From: Yuukianura sp. NJ FZ-2021
Lineage: Eukaryota
Reading direction: 5' to 3'
Length of the DNA: 64,000 bases
Assembly (NCBI GenBank): GCA_046563655.1
Contig: CM102285.1
Span: 7,626,001-7,690,000, forward strand
Positions 1 to 14,679 of the stretch are shown one piece after another. Positions within the stretch are counted from its first letter, which is position 1. Each line of letters opens with the position of its first letter. Under the pieces are notes generated by a model that did no database searches, had not been told where the DNA came from, and saw only the letters and a program-made list of their open reading frames with translations. A program made the position numbers and the translations under genes.

Positions 1-300
1 CATTGACATTCAGAATTGGCCAGTTGTATTTTTCCATACTATGATTTGGAAGGCCTGGAAAGTAGAATTACTTTTGCCAAAAACTGAAAAGAAACTGTCG
101 TGTTTCGTTTACTGGCATGACTAAAGGTCAATTAAACTTTTTGATCTGCGCAATACGTAGTGCAAAGAAACAGAAACTGCCCAGGAAGATGAGCCCAATT
201 CCGTGATTCGAAGAATTATTTACAAGTCATAATCTTGCTCCACTTTTACTTTCACTGGGAACGACCAAAAGGAAAGTGTGAATTTAATGTCAGTAATCAA

Positions 301-895
301 TAGAATGGGCAACGTTTCGTGTCTGGACACGAAACGAAACTCGGGTCCCTTGTCGTTCCATGTCTGTTTCCTCATATTTTGGACAGGATAAGAAACGTTT
401 CGTGTCGTATCGTTTCTGTGTCTATATGGAGACACGACACGGAATTAAACGAGGCACGATAAGAGTTCACATGGTAAAAGGGCAAAATTAAATCCCACAT
501 TTTGATTCCTCAATTTTAACAAATCACTAAGTCTGTCCCAAAAAGTAAAACGGAGTTAGTTTTCGGTAATTGGTGAACCCCAAAACGCATATGAATGAAG
601 CCAAAGAAAAATTCAGAGTGTGTTTCGTTGAAAAGCTGGCATTCAGTTAAATTATGTAAAGTTGTTACATTTTGCAACGCTGTAATGGATAAGGCACAAG
701 GTCTCACGGGCAATTGATTTGAATCAGCATTAAATCAAAATCCGAATTTCGTGTTCTGTGTCGGTACGTTTGGTGTCTGTATCGTGTCCGTGTTCATACA
801 AAAAAGACCGTGTCGTATTGTGTCTAAACGTCTCCGTTTCATGTCGTCTCCGCATCTTGGAAGACACGAAACGAAACGACACATTGCCCAGTCTA
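301..895. mobile_element. Probable hAT-like MITE with degenerate TIRs
   Basis: Left end TAGAATGGGCAACGTTTCG; right end reverse-complements to TAGACTGGGCAATGTGTCG. Many subterminal GACACGAAAC/GTTTCGTGTC motifs. No clean TSD. Confidence 0.5.
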
Positions 896-2804
896 GATGA
901 ATTCCAATAAAAATGCTTTTCTCCACGTTACAATCCTCATAAAATGTTGAAGCCAAAGAAAAATGGACCATAAAATTCTTACTGCCGCCTACTAAAGTGA
1001 AAGCGAATGTTTACTATACAAATCTTATTTACCTAAAAAATCAAAATCCAACTGCTCCAAATGGTTTGAGATCTAACTCTTATGTTTAATATGTTTAGCT
1101 CAAAAATTAGAATTCAGCTTTTGAATTCTAACAGACTGGGACAACGAGATTGAGTTAGCTATGTTAGCTTTTAAAGATTTTGGGTTATAAATTCTAAAGA
1201 TGTGATTTGAAAATAGTCATTAGGTTAGACTTTTAGATGGTGAAATAATAAAAGTTTATTTTTATATGAGGTTGACAATGCTATTCTCACAATCACTGTT
1301 ATGTTTATTACCACGTCAGCGTACGAAAAACTCACAATCCAAATCACAGTTATTTGACGCTTTAGTAAAACCCTCCACTTTCTCCGCGTTCAAATGTTCG
1401 CTCTGTTCCATTTCATTCGATTTCACAGAGTGTGTTCAAAATAAATAGTTATTGGCCAAGACGAAAACAGCAATTCTTCCAACTCAATAGTAAAAAAAAA
1501 GATTCCGTGGACTTACCAAAAAAAAACTACAAAAGATGTTTGTATTTTTTAAGACTTTTTTTTCGTTCAGCCGTTTGCAGGAAGAATCTACAAAATTGAT
1601 TTCAAACGTGTGGACCTTGTACTTTTGCTTCATTTTAAGGTTTCAAAAATGCTAGAAAAATTAGCCAACTGCTCAGTTTAAAACCGCTTCACACCCAAGT
1701 TGAGTAAGCAAGGAAAACCTTCCTAAATTTTTGTTCTTATGTTTTGTTGCAGCCTAATCTACAGCATGGTCTACTATATGTTAAATATTTGAAGGATATC
1801 GTAAAAGGGTATATTGGAGAATTTGTTTACTACAGCATTACGGTACTTTTAGTGTAATTTTTTAGAATCCATTTTTCAAGTTTTGTCTGCTTATACCTAC
1901 TGATCCAGGTAGATACAAATGGTGCGTTTTTATTTATTTCTTCCACTTTTAAAGAAAGATTGCCTTTAATATCAGTTGCTCATTTGGATTGTCGAGTATC
2001 CGGTTCTGCGGTGTCGGTTAGTTCTGAATAAAACGACCAATTTGTCAGAAAAAGCAAAATCGTTCCGATTCACTGGGAACCTGCACTGCAGTCGCCAGCC
2101 AACTCCAAGCTGAATCTGGGCAACCTGCAGATACCTTTGGAGAAAGTGGAATTTGTGTGTTAGCAAGTACCGTGTCGTGGTATTAATTGAGTCGTTTCTC
2201 TTCTGTCGACTAGAACTAAGGTCCCCGGCGAGGTAGAGGCGAGAAAGCTCAGGTGAAAGCATTAGGACCACTTGGGGAATTCTAAATTCAATTACACTTT
2301 CACATTTTTCACAACCCAAAGACATTAACGACTCCTGGGTTGCCTGATTTCTCGACTCTGCTCCATTGCCCTCTGACCTCTAATCAGCCATCAGCCCTAA
2401 ACCGAAGGCCACCTTACACAACCCTAATCCTTCTACAACTTTATCTTCAAATAACTTGTTCCACAAGCTCAAGTTAAAGTAATGATCAATTCCTTTCTTG
2501 ACCACAAATATTCACTTCACCCAGGAGCAATATATAATTTACTCCTCGTTTTGCAGTTTTTTAAATGTTCTTTGACGTGAACGGAATCTAAACATTTCTC
2601 TCCACATAAACATTACGCTTAATATAACTGTGTAATCTCTTTACTGTTTTAAGTTTCAATTTTTATTCTACTCGTTGGATTTTAACCCTTTTTCGTTGAT
2701 TTGGAGATTTCAAACGGAAAAGAAGTTTTGTTTTTGAGAAAGGAAATTATTCCACAGGCACGACCACTTTCTGCCTCTTCTTCCTCTTCTTTGGTTGTGT
2801 CAAG

Positions 2805-3215
2805 TAGTGCTTCAAGTTCGGGCCCGAAATGAAAAGTTCGAACTTCGAACCGACGTTCGAACTTTCTGATGAGCAAGTTCGAACTTTCGAACCTTTTTTC
2901 TACATGTAAAAAGCAAGGGGCGGTGAAAAAAATGGTTAGGTAATAAATTTCGAAATTCACATCCGAAGTACATTTCCCCCTGTATTTGAATTCTTTTTCA
3001 AAAACTAACTGAAAACAATAGGTTTAAAGTGAACTACAACTACTTTCTGTGGCAATATGCCTCGGTTTTTGTTGAAATCCATGCGTAGTTGGATATTTGC
3101 CAATATTGGCGTGTAAGTTCGAACTCTTTTCGCTGAGGTTCGAACTTCGAACCTAGAAAAACAGCCAGGTTCGAGTTCGGAAGTTCGAACTCTAAAGTTC
3201 GAACTTGAAGCACTA
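2805..3215. mobile_element. hAT-superfamily MITE, complete
   Basis: 16-bp TIR TAGTGCTTCAAGTTCG / CGAACTTGAAGCACTA; perfect 8-bp TSD GTGTCAAG (2797-2804, 3216-3223); subterminal GTTCGAAC palindromes. Confidence 0.92.
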
Positions 3216-4689
3216 GTGTCAAGTAACATGTGGATTTTTGTGAAAAATCCGATTCAGTGAAATGGTGTAAAAGAGACAAAGACAAAGAAGATGCCAGATC
3301 GTATTTGCCAGTTCAAGTAGTTTCTCCTTCAACGAGAAGATTTATGTCCCTCTGTCCTCCTGTACTGAGATATGTACTTTGGTCTCTGGAACTTCTTCAA
3401 GGAACCATATGAGGAGACCTCTGGATATGTTCTGGACAAAGGAAGTGTGATAGAACGTTCACAAAGCGAAAGTGGCTCAAAGACCAGTTCCACTTTCACT
3501 TCTCCCAGAAAAAGAGGGATAAGGATATCCGTCTATGAAATTTCTTACCGGGAAAGCTCAAATTCTAAATCCAATTCCATCCATTGAGAAAGTAAATCCA
3601 CTTCAACGGCTCCCTTTCCCCCAGTCTATCTTTCTCCCAAATCTCATTCTTCTTTTTCTGTTCTTCAGACGAAAAGGGACATCCTTCACTTTCTGCTCTA
3701 AGTGCCCATCTCAAGGGGTCGTGCCTTTTTTAGGACTTGTACATAGGGAGAATAGACGGGAAACATATGCGATTTTTCTTTTTTTTTTAAAAAAATGATT
3801 TGGTTCCTTAGCCTGACGAACCTGACTAAAAGTTTTGCGCAATCCTTCGAAAGGAACAAACGCTTTGAAGTTTTAGAGCGAAAAGTTTTTTTTATGTCTA
3901 TTTTTCCTACAAATGATACGAACTTTTTGATTTATGATCTCCTTGACTTTTTGATCTTTTTGACACACTTATTTAATAAAGGGTACAAAACCTTTGCTTT
4001 TGTCAAGTCTTTTAGACAATTTATGTTTCTGAAAAAGAAGAAGAAATGGCAACCGAACCCTTCCTTGGAAGAAAATAGCGTTGTATAAGAAAACTGAATG
4101 TCTTTACAAAGCCTCACTTGTCTTATCCACACGGTATTCTTTACACATTCTTCTAGAATTACAAGCGTTGTTTATCCGTAGTCTGGATGATTCCCTGACA
4201 TACCTTCGTAATTACTTCAATTTGAATATTCTTCATCACATGGACTTTTATGTTAACTTGAAATCATGAATTCTTTGGAAGTGAGGATGAAAGGGAGTTG
4301 TGAATTAACTAATTCAGTGAAATTACCGTAAGTGGTAACGATACTTCAAAAGACACTTGAGGGATATAATAATTTCAAGTCAAACGAGACAACCTTGAAC
4401 ATCCATTTGTCATTTGCTTTAATAAATGAATCAAACCAATTTAGTACTGTTTTTTGAAATGACCTTTTACATATTGACCGATTGCATTTGTGCTAGCACT
4501 TCTGAAGCCTCAATTTTTATGAATAGATCAGGGGTAACGAAAAATTGCAAAAACTAACGCTTTCAAAAAGTGAAGCATATTGGGTTTTGAATGTGATTTT
4601 TGGTGCCATAGGTAAGCTAGGGACTGAATGTGAAGAATTAGGAAAGTGATTGTGTGGTCACTGTTCACACGTAGAAATAAACCGTTGTA

Positions 4690-4983
4690 GGTGTCAAAGG
4701 TCAAGGTGACTTCCAGAAAAGTTGTTCACCTCAATGAGATGAACAACTTTTGCAGGAGTAATTTTCCTCTTTTCCGACAAAAATACATTTGATCTTGACC
4801 TTTGACCCTTAAGGGGTCTACTTCCGGTCAAACGGGTCACTGATTGTTCACCCTCAGACCATATCAAGTCCATCTGTGAAGACTGACAATCTGTCCAGCG
4901 GTTCCAGAGCTAGCTTGACCAGCAGACAGACAGACAGACAGACTCGGGGAAAAAACATAAAGTAGCTCATACTTTCGCTACTT
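4690..4983 (-). mobile_element. Partial Helentron/DINE-1-like element (HINE)
   Basis: Terminal hairpin AAGTAGC...GCTACTT, (GACA)n microsatellite, GACCTTTGACC motif and AAAAGTTGTTCA...TGAACAACTTTT inverted repeat, all shared with the other copies. Confidence 0.6.
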
Positions 4984-6875
4984 AACAAATGTATATATTG
5001 CTCTTTTGTGAAACAGAAAAAAGATACTAAGCGAAACGTTACACAAGGAATATTGAACATTGGCCTACACACGTAGTTCTGTCCCCACTTCCACATCTCT
5101 CTCGCTCTGTTTCAATTTCCTTTAAGTTTCCAAAGTTAGGTCAATAACTTTCTCCACGGAAATCCATAACTCAATTTCCAACCACAAGAGTTAGAACCCC
5201 ATCCTAGGTTATATGTACTTTAGTCAGAATTTCAGTTTGGGTAACTCAAAGCCACCGTGACCTAAATTTTACAACGTGAGCACAGATGACGTGACCTCTC
5301 CCTGAAATGTTTCTCCGTTTTCACAGTTCTCCTTCACTCAAGCCTTCATCGTGCTCTTGTGTTTCCGTTTTAGGTCAAGACGAAACTACACTATCAATTC
5401 CCACTTGCTTTCGTTCAGCTAAAGTGAAAGGTTTATAAACAACTCGTCGCTTCAAATTTTGCAGAGAAATTAAGTTATGTCAAGTTAGGTTATGTACTAC
5501 AAATGAGCCGTACTTCGTTATGCTTGGCTTTAGGATGAAAATAGTAAGCTGTGTTCGCATAAGCTCTTCGAGGTTGTTAGGAGTAGAATTTATACTGAAT
5601 CCTCAAATGTCGGAAGGTCTAGTTTGAAACAATGCTGTTATCAACACAAACCTTTCGCGGGTTGAGCCTTTCAAACTTCAAAAAATTCGAAATCTCTTCA
5701 AATCTTGAAGCCGCATCAAATTGAATTGAAGTCCAAGGATGCTAGAAATTTTAGTTTGAAATCTTAATAATCCTAGCTCAATTTCTTTTATAGAAGAACG
5801 TTGTAGCTCTAAGCCTCAACTACTGCAGAGGACTGGAAACTAATTAATTAGAAAACAAACGCGGGAAGACTCTAAGCGTCTAGCATCTAAGAACTCTTTT
5901 CAAAGGAGAAGACAGGCAACAGATTGGTAGCCAAAGGAAACGTAACTTTGGGTTCAAATAGCCAAAACTAAGACAAGCGAAGAAGAGAAACTCAAGTGTG
6001 GCAAATTAATTTTCCTTTGAGACAGAGACACTCTATAGATGGACACTTTCGTTTTCTGGAAAAAGATTAACCATAGGACGGTTTTCTCAAACGAGGTTTC
6101 GAAAACCGGCTTACCGCGCCGAACTTGGTTCTGAACTGACGTCAGAGGAGCAAACTTGGACCAACAAACAATTTGTCTATCGCTGAGCGAAATGGCATTG
6201 AACTTTTTGGAAAATTCTCAAGACTAGTTTTTTGAGAAAACATTTCAAAAAATGGGAAAGTATTATTTGCATAGAAGAAAGTAATATGTCAGGAGATTGG
6301 TAAGAGGTTGGCGTTAATCAAACACTTATCCTCTCTACGCGTGTCAAATAGATCTAGAGGATGTTCCTCTGCCTAACGCCAAGTTGTGCATGACAATGTC
6401 TCATTTTCAATATTTGACTAAGGTGGATCCTGGAACCTCCTGGAGGAGCCAAGGGTTGTTCCTGTTCCTGCAGGGCCTCATAACTCCATTGTTTGTCATT
6501 CATTAGAGAGACTGACAGGAGTGATTAAAGTCAGGAATTGCTAGGCAAACACCAGGATTAATTTTCAGTAGCAGGAAGTAAGGACTTTTAGAGAGAGGCT
6601 GGGGTGTACCGGAGGCCATGAGATTAAAGGCACACGCGAGAGAAGGTCATCCTTCACTTTTCTGATTTCATAATTCAAAATTCCAGGAAGGTTGAAGTAA
6701 ACACAGAAGACTCTTCAAACTCGCTGATCTTTTCATTACCATAAAGTAAATGAGCAGCGCATCAAAAAATACATAAAAACATGCAGTAATGATGGTTTTG
6801 TTGAAAGCATAAGCTTGAAATGGTTACACAGTTACTTTGGTCAACTAAATCAAATCAAATACTCTTTTTGGAAAT

Positions 6876-7856
6876 GGATAAGTTGTTATTTCAGTGAAAG
6901 TTACTTTTACTTGTACTTTGACTTTGTTATAGACGAAAGTCATAGTCAAAGTAAACTTCTGTTGTTACTTCTCATCAGTTTTACTTTGACTTCAATGAAA
7001 AAATGGTTGAAGTAAACTTTGACTCCTCGTTTAATTCACCCGTTTAATTGTATTGTACAGCATGAAAATTGATAACTGCAGATTTTAGTTCTCGCTGAGC
7101 ACGAATTCGAGCTCAAAAACGTGTAATACGTAATCCTGGTTAACTAATTGCCATCTGTAATTAACTTCAGTTAGTACAATTAGCATACCAGACCATACAT
7201 TTAGGGTGATTTTGGGTCGCCGAGCACTAAAATGACTTCATAAACGTTGAAGTACCTGAACTTAATTAACCAATTAAAGTTAATTATTAATCGCAATTAG
7301 TTAAGCAGATTTAGCTTTTCAACGTTTTTGAAGTCATTTTCTTGGTCAGCGACACGAAATCACCCTAAATATATGTATCTGTTATGTTAATCGTGCTAAT
7401 TAAACGTAATTATTTTTAAAAAGTAAAAAAAAAGAATTGCAATTAGTTAATTAGGATTACAATCTTCAAAGTTTTTAAGGTTAAATTTGTATTCAGGGAC
7501 AATTGAATGAAACGCGTAATTAACAACTTTTGGCACTATGACCTCGGATGAGTGGTCGCAATCCTGAAGAATTTTAATTTTAATTAAAGTTTTTTACGTC
7601 TCGAAAATTGAAAATGAGCATTGAAAGTTTCCGACGATGATGGGGGATGTAAACACATCAGTGGAGTCAAAGTTTACTTCAACCACACACAAAGTGTAAG
7701 TTCTGAAGTTTGACTGAAAAACTCAATTCTCAGTCAAACTTCCACTCGAACTTATACTTTGACTTACCAGTTTGACTTTACAAAATTGAGGATATCCTCA
7801 TTTTCCTAAGTCAAAGTACAAGTAAAAGTTACTTTGACTGGAATAACAACTTATCC
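6876..7856. mobile_element. Non-autonomous TIR element (PIF/Harbinger-like or foldback)
   Basis: About 48-bp imperfect TIRs (GGATAAGTTGTTATT... / ...AATAACAACTTATCC); 3-bp AAT on both flanks; second internal inverted pair GGTTGAAGTAAACTTTGACTCC (~7005) / GGAGTCAAAGTTTACTTCAACC (~7663). Confidence 0.75.
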
Positions 7857-10800
7857 AATGTCACGAAGTCACGATTCATATTGGCCTTTTTTTCAATATG
7901 AAAATCCCATTAAACCCATCCCGGGATTAATCCGGAATCCAGATTTCGTCAAAAGGGGGACGGATTCCCACCCCTACCTGAAATACAAATATTCTAGCTT
8001 TTTTTTTTGAATACATACTTCAAATCTAGAAGAGCACCCATTCCAGCTTGGATCATATTTTCCATAAGTAACGAATTCTTTTCCAAACAATTCTTGACTT
8101 GAGTTCTTGCAAAGGAACTTCCTTAACCTTTAATAAAATAAGAAATAATTACACCAACAAACGACTTAATTAAATTGTTGGAGCTAAACTCTGGTTTCTT
8201 TGAATTGAAAAAAATCGTTTGTATAATTCGTTTATTAAATCGCAAGCCGAAACTTATTACCCTGTGCTTGTGTAAACAGTATGAGTCCGGAAATACTTTT
8301 ATCATAACAGCTTCGCTATTAAAATAACGACATTGATCCCTGTTTCAGTCTAGGTGTACGACCTGAATCTTGAAGTTTAAGAGTCAGTGGTGAATGACCT
8401 TTTGATTTTGAAAAGCAATCGGGAGAGCCAGGATTTGATTCCCATGGGACTAATTTACTTTGCTCATTTCGGCGAGTCGTTAGGCAAAGAATCTCCGTTG
8501 AGATCCTTCGTCGCATAGCCTGACGCATCTCTGAGTCATCCTCATTTCGAAAATTACTTTCTCCAACAAATTCTGGGTTGAAGCAGGGGAAGAATAGGCG
8601 CCTTGTAACGTTGACTAATCCTATAAGATAAGGATATAACGGCCGGATAACAATTACGTCATGGCCGTGGTGTGGGTGTTCGGTATAGTGGTAAATTTCG
8701 CTGATGTAAAACTAGTTTTGGGTCCGCCGATCATACAACAACCAACTTTGTCATTACGTGGATGCACTGTGTGGATTGGTTACAAATTCTTAGAATTTCT
8801 TTACTCCAACACTACTTTCTCTTCAGATCCAGACTTTCTTATCTTGCTGAATATAAAAACGGGCTTGAAGGGACAAAATCCCTCACTTTGCCTAAAGTCC
8901 TTCACTGCTTTACTTTATCTTAATTCACCTTAATGATCTTAAGTCACTCGTAGCGTTCGAAAAAGGATCCGAAAAAGATGAAGCAGGATAGGAAGCTTTC
9001 ACCTTCAATATTTCTTTACTGATGATAAACCACCTTCTGAAGTTTCATTTTTATGCAGGTTTGAGACAGAAGGAAATATTCTAAAGAATGAGCGTCAGTA
9101 CAGTTCAATTTTTATAGGCACGGATTTTGTTGTTGACTATTCAACGTATCGCCGAATTTAGGCTTCTCCGGCTCTCCGCACTCAAGAGTTTATTGGCTCT
9201 TATTTTGTATTGAAACTTAAGGTCAGAGCAATCGGTATTCTAAAAGCTCGATTCTTAAAAGACAAAATCTGAAACTTTCTTAATTTGAATATCATGTAGA
9301 GCTTGGGAGTAAGCACTTAATCAAAGTCTTTGTTTCTCAGTTTCAATTGTTCCTTTGGCCCATTCCTCTCACTTTCACGTTACACAAAAGCACGCTGTGG
9401 ACCTCCTACGGAGTCGAAGAAAGGGAAGGAAAGTGCCTGACTTGGCACAATGAAAGTATCAAGCATAATAGAGATTTCCTCTCTGGAATCTCAATGGACC
9501 CCATTATATTTCATCAGGGCGATGACTTTGTGAATTAACTTAGTCACAGCATAAACTGTACTAAATTTAAACCCAGCATAACTAACAAAATGTAGAAGGT
9601 TTCGCCGTACATTAGCCTAGAAGTTGTGGCTGTGATGCTCTAGATTGTTTGGGTTCGCATCAGAGTTAAGCGTTAGTCGGTAGCATTTTGTTGCCAAAAT
9701 AGTTACATTGCGTAGGTTAGGCTTGTACATATTCGGTACGTTGAAACTTCGGTATTGGAAAGCTGTAATAGCTCAGCGAAACTTTTCTTGTTTGCCATTC
9801 GCTGAGTAGAATCAATTTTCAGGATTTCTTTGTGTACAACTCGACCAGATTTCCATTTGATTTGAACTTCGTTTTCCTCAGAAAATTTTTTCCATAAAAA
9901 TTTAAAAGTAAAAGCGGTATAGAATTGCGAAAACAGAAGTTTCGCTTTTTCTTAAAAAACTTTAACTCCTTTTCCTCTACCTTCGTTGTCTGAAGCTCAA
10001 TTTGTTTAACTTCACTCCGATACACAATGCGTCCCTTTCCCTTACTTGCATTTCGAATTTTGCATATTAGGCAACTCCACGTTGTATCTCTAATAAAGTC
10101 TGTTTCTTGTTCAAAAAGTAAGGAAGAAAACAGAGATGCGTGTTTTATTAAAGAAGAAGGGAACGTAGGTTTCCATTGCTTTGAAGAATGTAAAGAATGG
10201 TGCACCGGAGGTGATCTGGAGATCGTGCCGGAAGAAGCCTTGGATCGCAGACATGTGCGTGTACCTTTAGATTAGACTTTCAATAAGTCAGGGCTGAAAG
10301 CCTTTGCCTTCTTCCTGGAATCAGCGACGGAAGTGAGAAAAGCAGCGGAGAAGGCAGTGAAAGCAAGAGGAAGAAACAAAATTCCCGCCTGTCAAGAATT
10401 TACAGTAAATTGAGAAGCTTTGGAACAGAAGACACTCATTAGACTTAGCAGCAGAAATGCTTTCACTTCCTCCCTAGTTTACTTGTCTTATTTTTTCATA
10501 GTAAAGATGGGGAGTTCTTTAGTATTTTCTGTATTTGTGCTCACATGCCCATCTAAACTATCAATTTGAACTTAAAAGAAAGTAAAAGAAAAACAACAAA
10601 CAATTCTCGTTCTCATTTGAAGTCGGAGTTTTCTTCGTTTTCCTGAGAAAAAAAACGGCCTGCTACGTGAGTGCGTCTTTTCAAAATTGGCAACAGCGGA
10701 AAGCAATCAATCTCCATTCTAACTTTGGTATTTTGTAAGCACAACGCCTACTTTCTTCTTGAAGTTTAGGTTGTAAAAGTAATAATCCTTAAATTCACCT

Positions 10801-11185
10801 ACTACATGTCTTTGAAACTGCTGGGAAAGAAAATGTTTTTAGGGCAATAGTGGAAAGTAAAAAAAAATATGAAAGGCCCATGGATCTGAAATGGAACGTT
10901 TGACATTTGCAGTGTCTTTGATATTAGTTTTCTCGAACTAAAGATTTACAACGACGTTTCGGATTATACTTTTCTGAATTAAAGAAAAAAATAAATATTT
11001 GCTTCTTCGCACTTGAGTTGTCAATGGTATTAGGCAAAACGAAACAAGAAAGTTCGAAACGGAACTTGAACATTTTTTACTTTAACAATTTTCGGAATCA
11101 TTTTCTTGGACCCGATTGATGAACGCTGTTTAGTCATTGATCAAGTTGCGCTCAAGAGTCATCGAAGCGAGGGGAATCAAAGGGA

Positions 11186-12002
11186 ATAAACCGGTTGTAA
11201 ACCGCGCATAACGAAATAGCTCAAGACAAAAGACAGTTTTCCCCCGTGTGGGGGATGTGTGGAGGGGGTGGGGTTGGTCACCCACGCTTTTCTCCGTATT
11301 CCTCAGCTTCTCCCCCCATGGGGGAGTGGTGGATGTGTGTTCCCCCCGCCTTTTTGCTCCGCACCCCAGGGAGCGGACTTTTCCGCCCCCCCCCCCCGGG
11401 GAGTCGGGGTGGGTTCCCCCCACTTTCTGGCCCCCCCCCCCCGGGGAGAGTGGGGGTGGGCTCCCCCCACTTTTCCGCCCCCCCCCCCGGGGGAGTGTGG
11501 GTGGGTTTCTCCCACTTTTCGGCCCCCCCCGGGGAGAGTGGGGGTGGGTTTCCCCCACTTTTCCGCCCCCCCCCCCGGGGAGACTGGGGGTGGGCTCCCC
11601 CCCACTCCCCCCCCCCCCACCCGGTGGAGTAGAGTGGGTTCCCCCCACTTCCCCCACCTGGGATGCCTGCCTTATGAGAGAATGGGCAAGGTAGCAGGCT
11701 TGCCTTGCCCATTTACACTGTATGTTAATATGTTGACCTTTGATCCCGGTTTTGACCCCCTTGGAGGGGTCAGAGACCCATGGTTCATATACCAAAGTTG
11801 TTCCCCTCAATGAGAGGAACAACTTTTGTTAGGGTCATTTTCCCGGTTTTATATTCAAAAGGTCAATGACCTTGACCTTTGACCCGGTAAAAGGTCACCT
11901 ATCCGGATGATATGATAAAATTGAACTGGTATACACCATGACATATCAATCGATGAAAACCCGGATGAAATTGGTCCAGTAGTTTCTGAGTTATTGAGGC
12001 TC

Positions 12003-12057
<55 letters not shown>

Positions 12058-12090
12058 TGAATCAGATTATTAAATAGCTTTCGCTATTTA
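11186..12090 (-). mobile_element. Helentron/DINE-1-like non-autonomous element (HINE)
   Basis: On the minus strand: 5' subTIR hairpin AAATAGCGAAAGCTATTT, (GTCT)n, GC-rich tandem repeats, 3' subTIR GCTATTT, 3' stem-loop CGGTT-TAC-AACCG, T-rich ends, no TSD. Confidence 0.8.
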
Positions 12091-14310
12091 ATAATTTGGG
12101 CTGTGGCTCAAAGTCAGATTGAGTGAATTTCAGACTTGAAGTTGCCTAGTCTTCTTCGCTGCCTAAATTTTTGACCATAGCTAGAATTACTACACTCAGA
12201 ATACATGGAAATTAGCAGTTCAATTACTCAACGTCGGATGACATCATTTGTTTGGATTTGGCTTGGAATTATTTTCCAGTTTTCTTTGAAATCACTGGAT
12301 TATATTACCATTCTGCCGAATCACTTTGGTCATACCCTTTCTCCCATTGCATTGCGTGCCGCAGTAAGAATGCTGGGAATTGCACAACATTACATCTTAC
12401 AAACATATTATAAAGATATATGACTATTATTATATACGTTGAGTTTGAAAGGTTTTCAAACTTTGTTTTAATGTATTTGAAAGTTATATTTTGTATTTTT
12501 GAATTAAAGTGTCCCTCTGCGATTCTTGAGGACTTGTAACTGGTGAAATTACCTATACTGATCGAAAAATGGAAAAGTAATTAACGCCTGGTTGTTTTGA
12601 ATTAACTTTTCAATGATCCGAGATGTTTATGTTTTTAACTCTATGATGATGATGGACTACCCGACAACTTCATTAGCGACAATGCTTGACGAATCAACGG
12701 CTTTTGTAATCAAAATGACAGGGAGTGCAATCTCGTATCAATAGTCTTCTTCAGCATGTCGTGGACATGCGTCTCCAGAAAATTAAAAATTCAAAAGAAA
12801 AAGCCAAAAGTCCAGAAGTTAACCTTTTTCTTTGAAAATTATAAATAAAGACTTTGTTCAGAGAAGTTTATGTAACAAAAGAAATGTATTTTCCTGACTA
12901 GTAGCTTGAGGTGCACAACAGGTTAATGTAAAAAGAAGGTGCGGGGTGAGATGGGGGTACAAGATTACTTTTCACTTCGCTTGTCACGATGTTTATAGCG
13001 CAGGGTGTCACGTTGTCATTGAATAAGATGAAATGGTTTTATGAGTATGACAAACGCGGAGTGAAAAATCGACACTAAAATTCCTCTTAAGTTTTCCTCA
13101 AGAGCCTGACAATCTGTCATCGATGACATGCAGCGCCCGTCAACAATTTTATTCTGTCTTGTCGCTTCTTAACTTAATTCCACTAATGGACTCGTGTAAT
13201 ATTTTTTCCGGTACAACTGTATATGTGGAGAGTTTCAGAAAAAAAATGAGAACACGTAAAACATTTGCGTCTTTAAGGAAAGGAAAAATATTATAAACTT
13301 TTCCCAAATCTTTCACTTTAATCGACTATTTATGTAATTTCATTTCCAAATACGGAAAAAAAATCACATCGTATTATCTACTTAATTATTGCAAGCTGAT
13401 AGTTTGAAATTGAAAAGTGCAGTGACGTTAGACAAAATTGTATATTTTTTGTATTTTTTAGCAATAAGACTGTCATTAATTTTCTGCTATCTCTCTTCCT
13501 CTTTCTACAAATTCTGCTTTTTGCTGTCATATTTTTCGATAATTTTAATTTTTTTGTATGCTTGGCGGTGAATACCAGATAACTTTTGAGGGGCATTTTT
13601 CGCGGTTAAAACGTAGCGCCAAAAACTCCACTGCCAATTGCGTAACGGCGGTATTTATGATGCTATATGCCAAAGTTAGATAATTTCATCGTAAGGATGA
13701 CCTAATTTTTCTACAAAGTCCAATTTCTATAAATTTTCTACTAAGTCCAATCAAAGACGTACGCTGACAAAAATATTCTGAAACTTGATTTGAAAAGAAA
13801 CTATTTTTCATATGTAAAAGTGATTCCAAAAAGAATCAGTAGGAAATTTTGATGGTGCGAACGTTAGTGTCTTCCAACAGATACTTAATTTCCAAAATGT
13901 GAGGTTAGAAAAGTGAAGGTGGTGATGACCTCAAGACACAATCATCAGTCACTCTGATGATTAATCAGACTTTATACAAAACAAAGTCGCTTTAATAATC
14001 TGCGTGACAAAATTCATTTTCAAAGTGGAAATGGTGTAATTTGTGTATTTTCTTTGCATAAGTCAATAAAAATGAAAACGTTTGCCAAACAATTATTTCC
14101 ACACCCTGGGATACTTAATCTCTCATGCTTTCTCCGCGGGCGTGAATTACTTTTGCTTCTAAATTAATTTCATGTGTACAGTTCAACACCAGTAAATCAT
14201 GCAGCAGAGGCGTGACTTCTATTTTGCTCCTACGTTGTGTAGTATTTCTTGTGACGTTCAGGGGTCACATGGCTTGAGAGACAAAGAACGAGAGTGTAGA
14301 AAAAATAAGT

Positions 14311-14381
14311 GACCGAGTGGGATTCGAAACCACGTCTTTCTCCAATCCGGGGAGACTGCACTGCCCTTATGCTACCAGGCC
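14311..14381 (-). ncRNA. tRNA-like cassette in the 3' LTR of the TRIM (B-box G>T change)
   Basis: Second copy of the cassette, with GGTTTCGAATCC instead of GGGTTCGAATCC. Confidence 0.7.
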
Positions 14382-14609
14382 ACATTCTACAAACCTCTCG
14401 AAGGATGGAGCAATTGGAAGGCAGCTATCCCAGCTATCTCTTCCATGCAATCCTCATCCAGTGGCGAGTGGGAATGGGTTTCTTCCCAAACGCCACACCA
14501 CCCGCCCCTCAAGCCCCCTATTGCCGTATCCCGGCGTTGGGCGCCATATGTGACGTTCAGGGGTCACATGGCTTGAGAGACAAAGAACGAGAGTGTAGAA
14601 AAAATAAGT

Positions 14610-14679
14610 GACCGAGTGGGATTCGAACCCACGTCTTTCTCCAATCCGGGAGACTGCACTGCCCTTATGCTACCAGGCC
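14610..14679 (-). ncRNA. tRNA-like Pol III cassette in the 5' LTR of the TRIM
   Basis: GGCCTGGTAGCATAAGGGCAGTGC...GTGGGTTCGAATCCCACTCGGTC: A-box, intact B-box/T-arm, anticodon stem TCTCC/GGAGA, followed by a T6 run. Confidence 0.75.

Noticed and set aside
1972..10410. Coding-like patches (1972-2570, 3230-3760, 8320-8560, 10150-10410)
   Set aside because: Interrupted by stops with no recognisable domain; possibly decayed genes but not supportable.
14311..14679. Two genuine tRNA genes
   Set aside because: The acceptor stem and anticodon loop are irregular, and both copies lie inside TSD-flanked LTRs.
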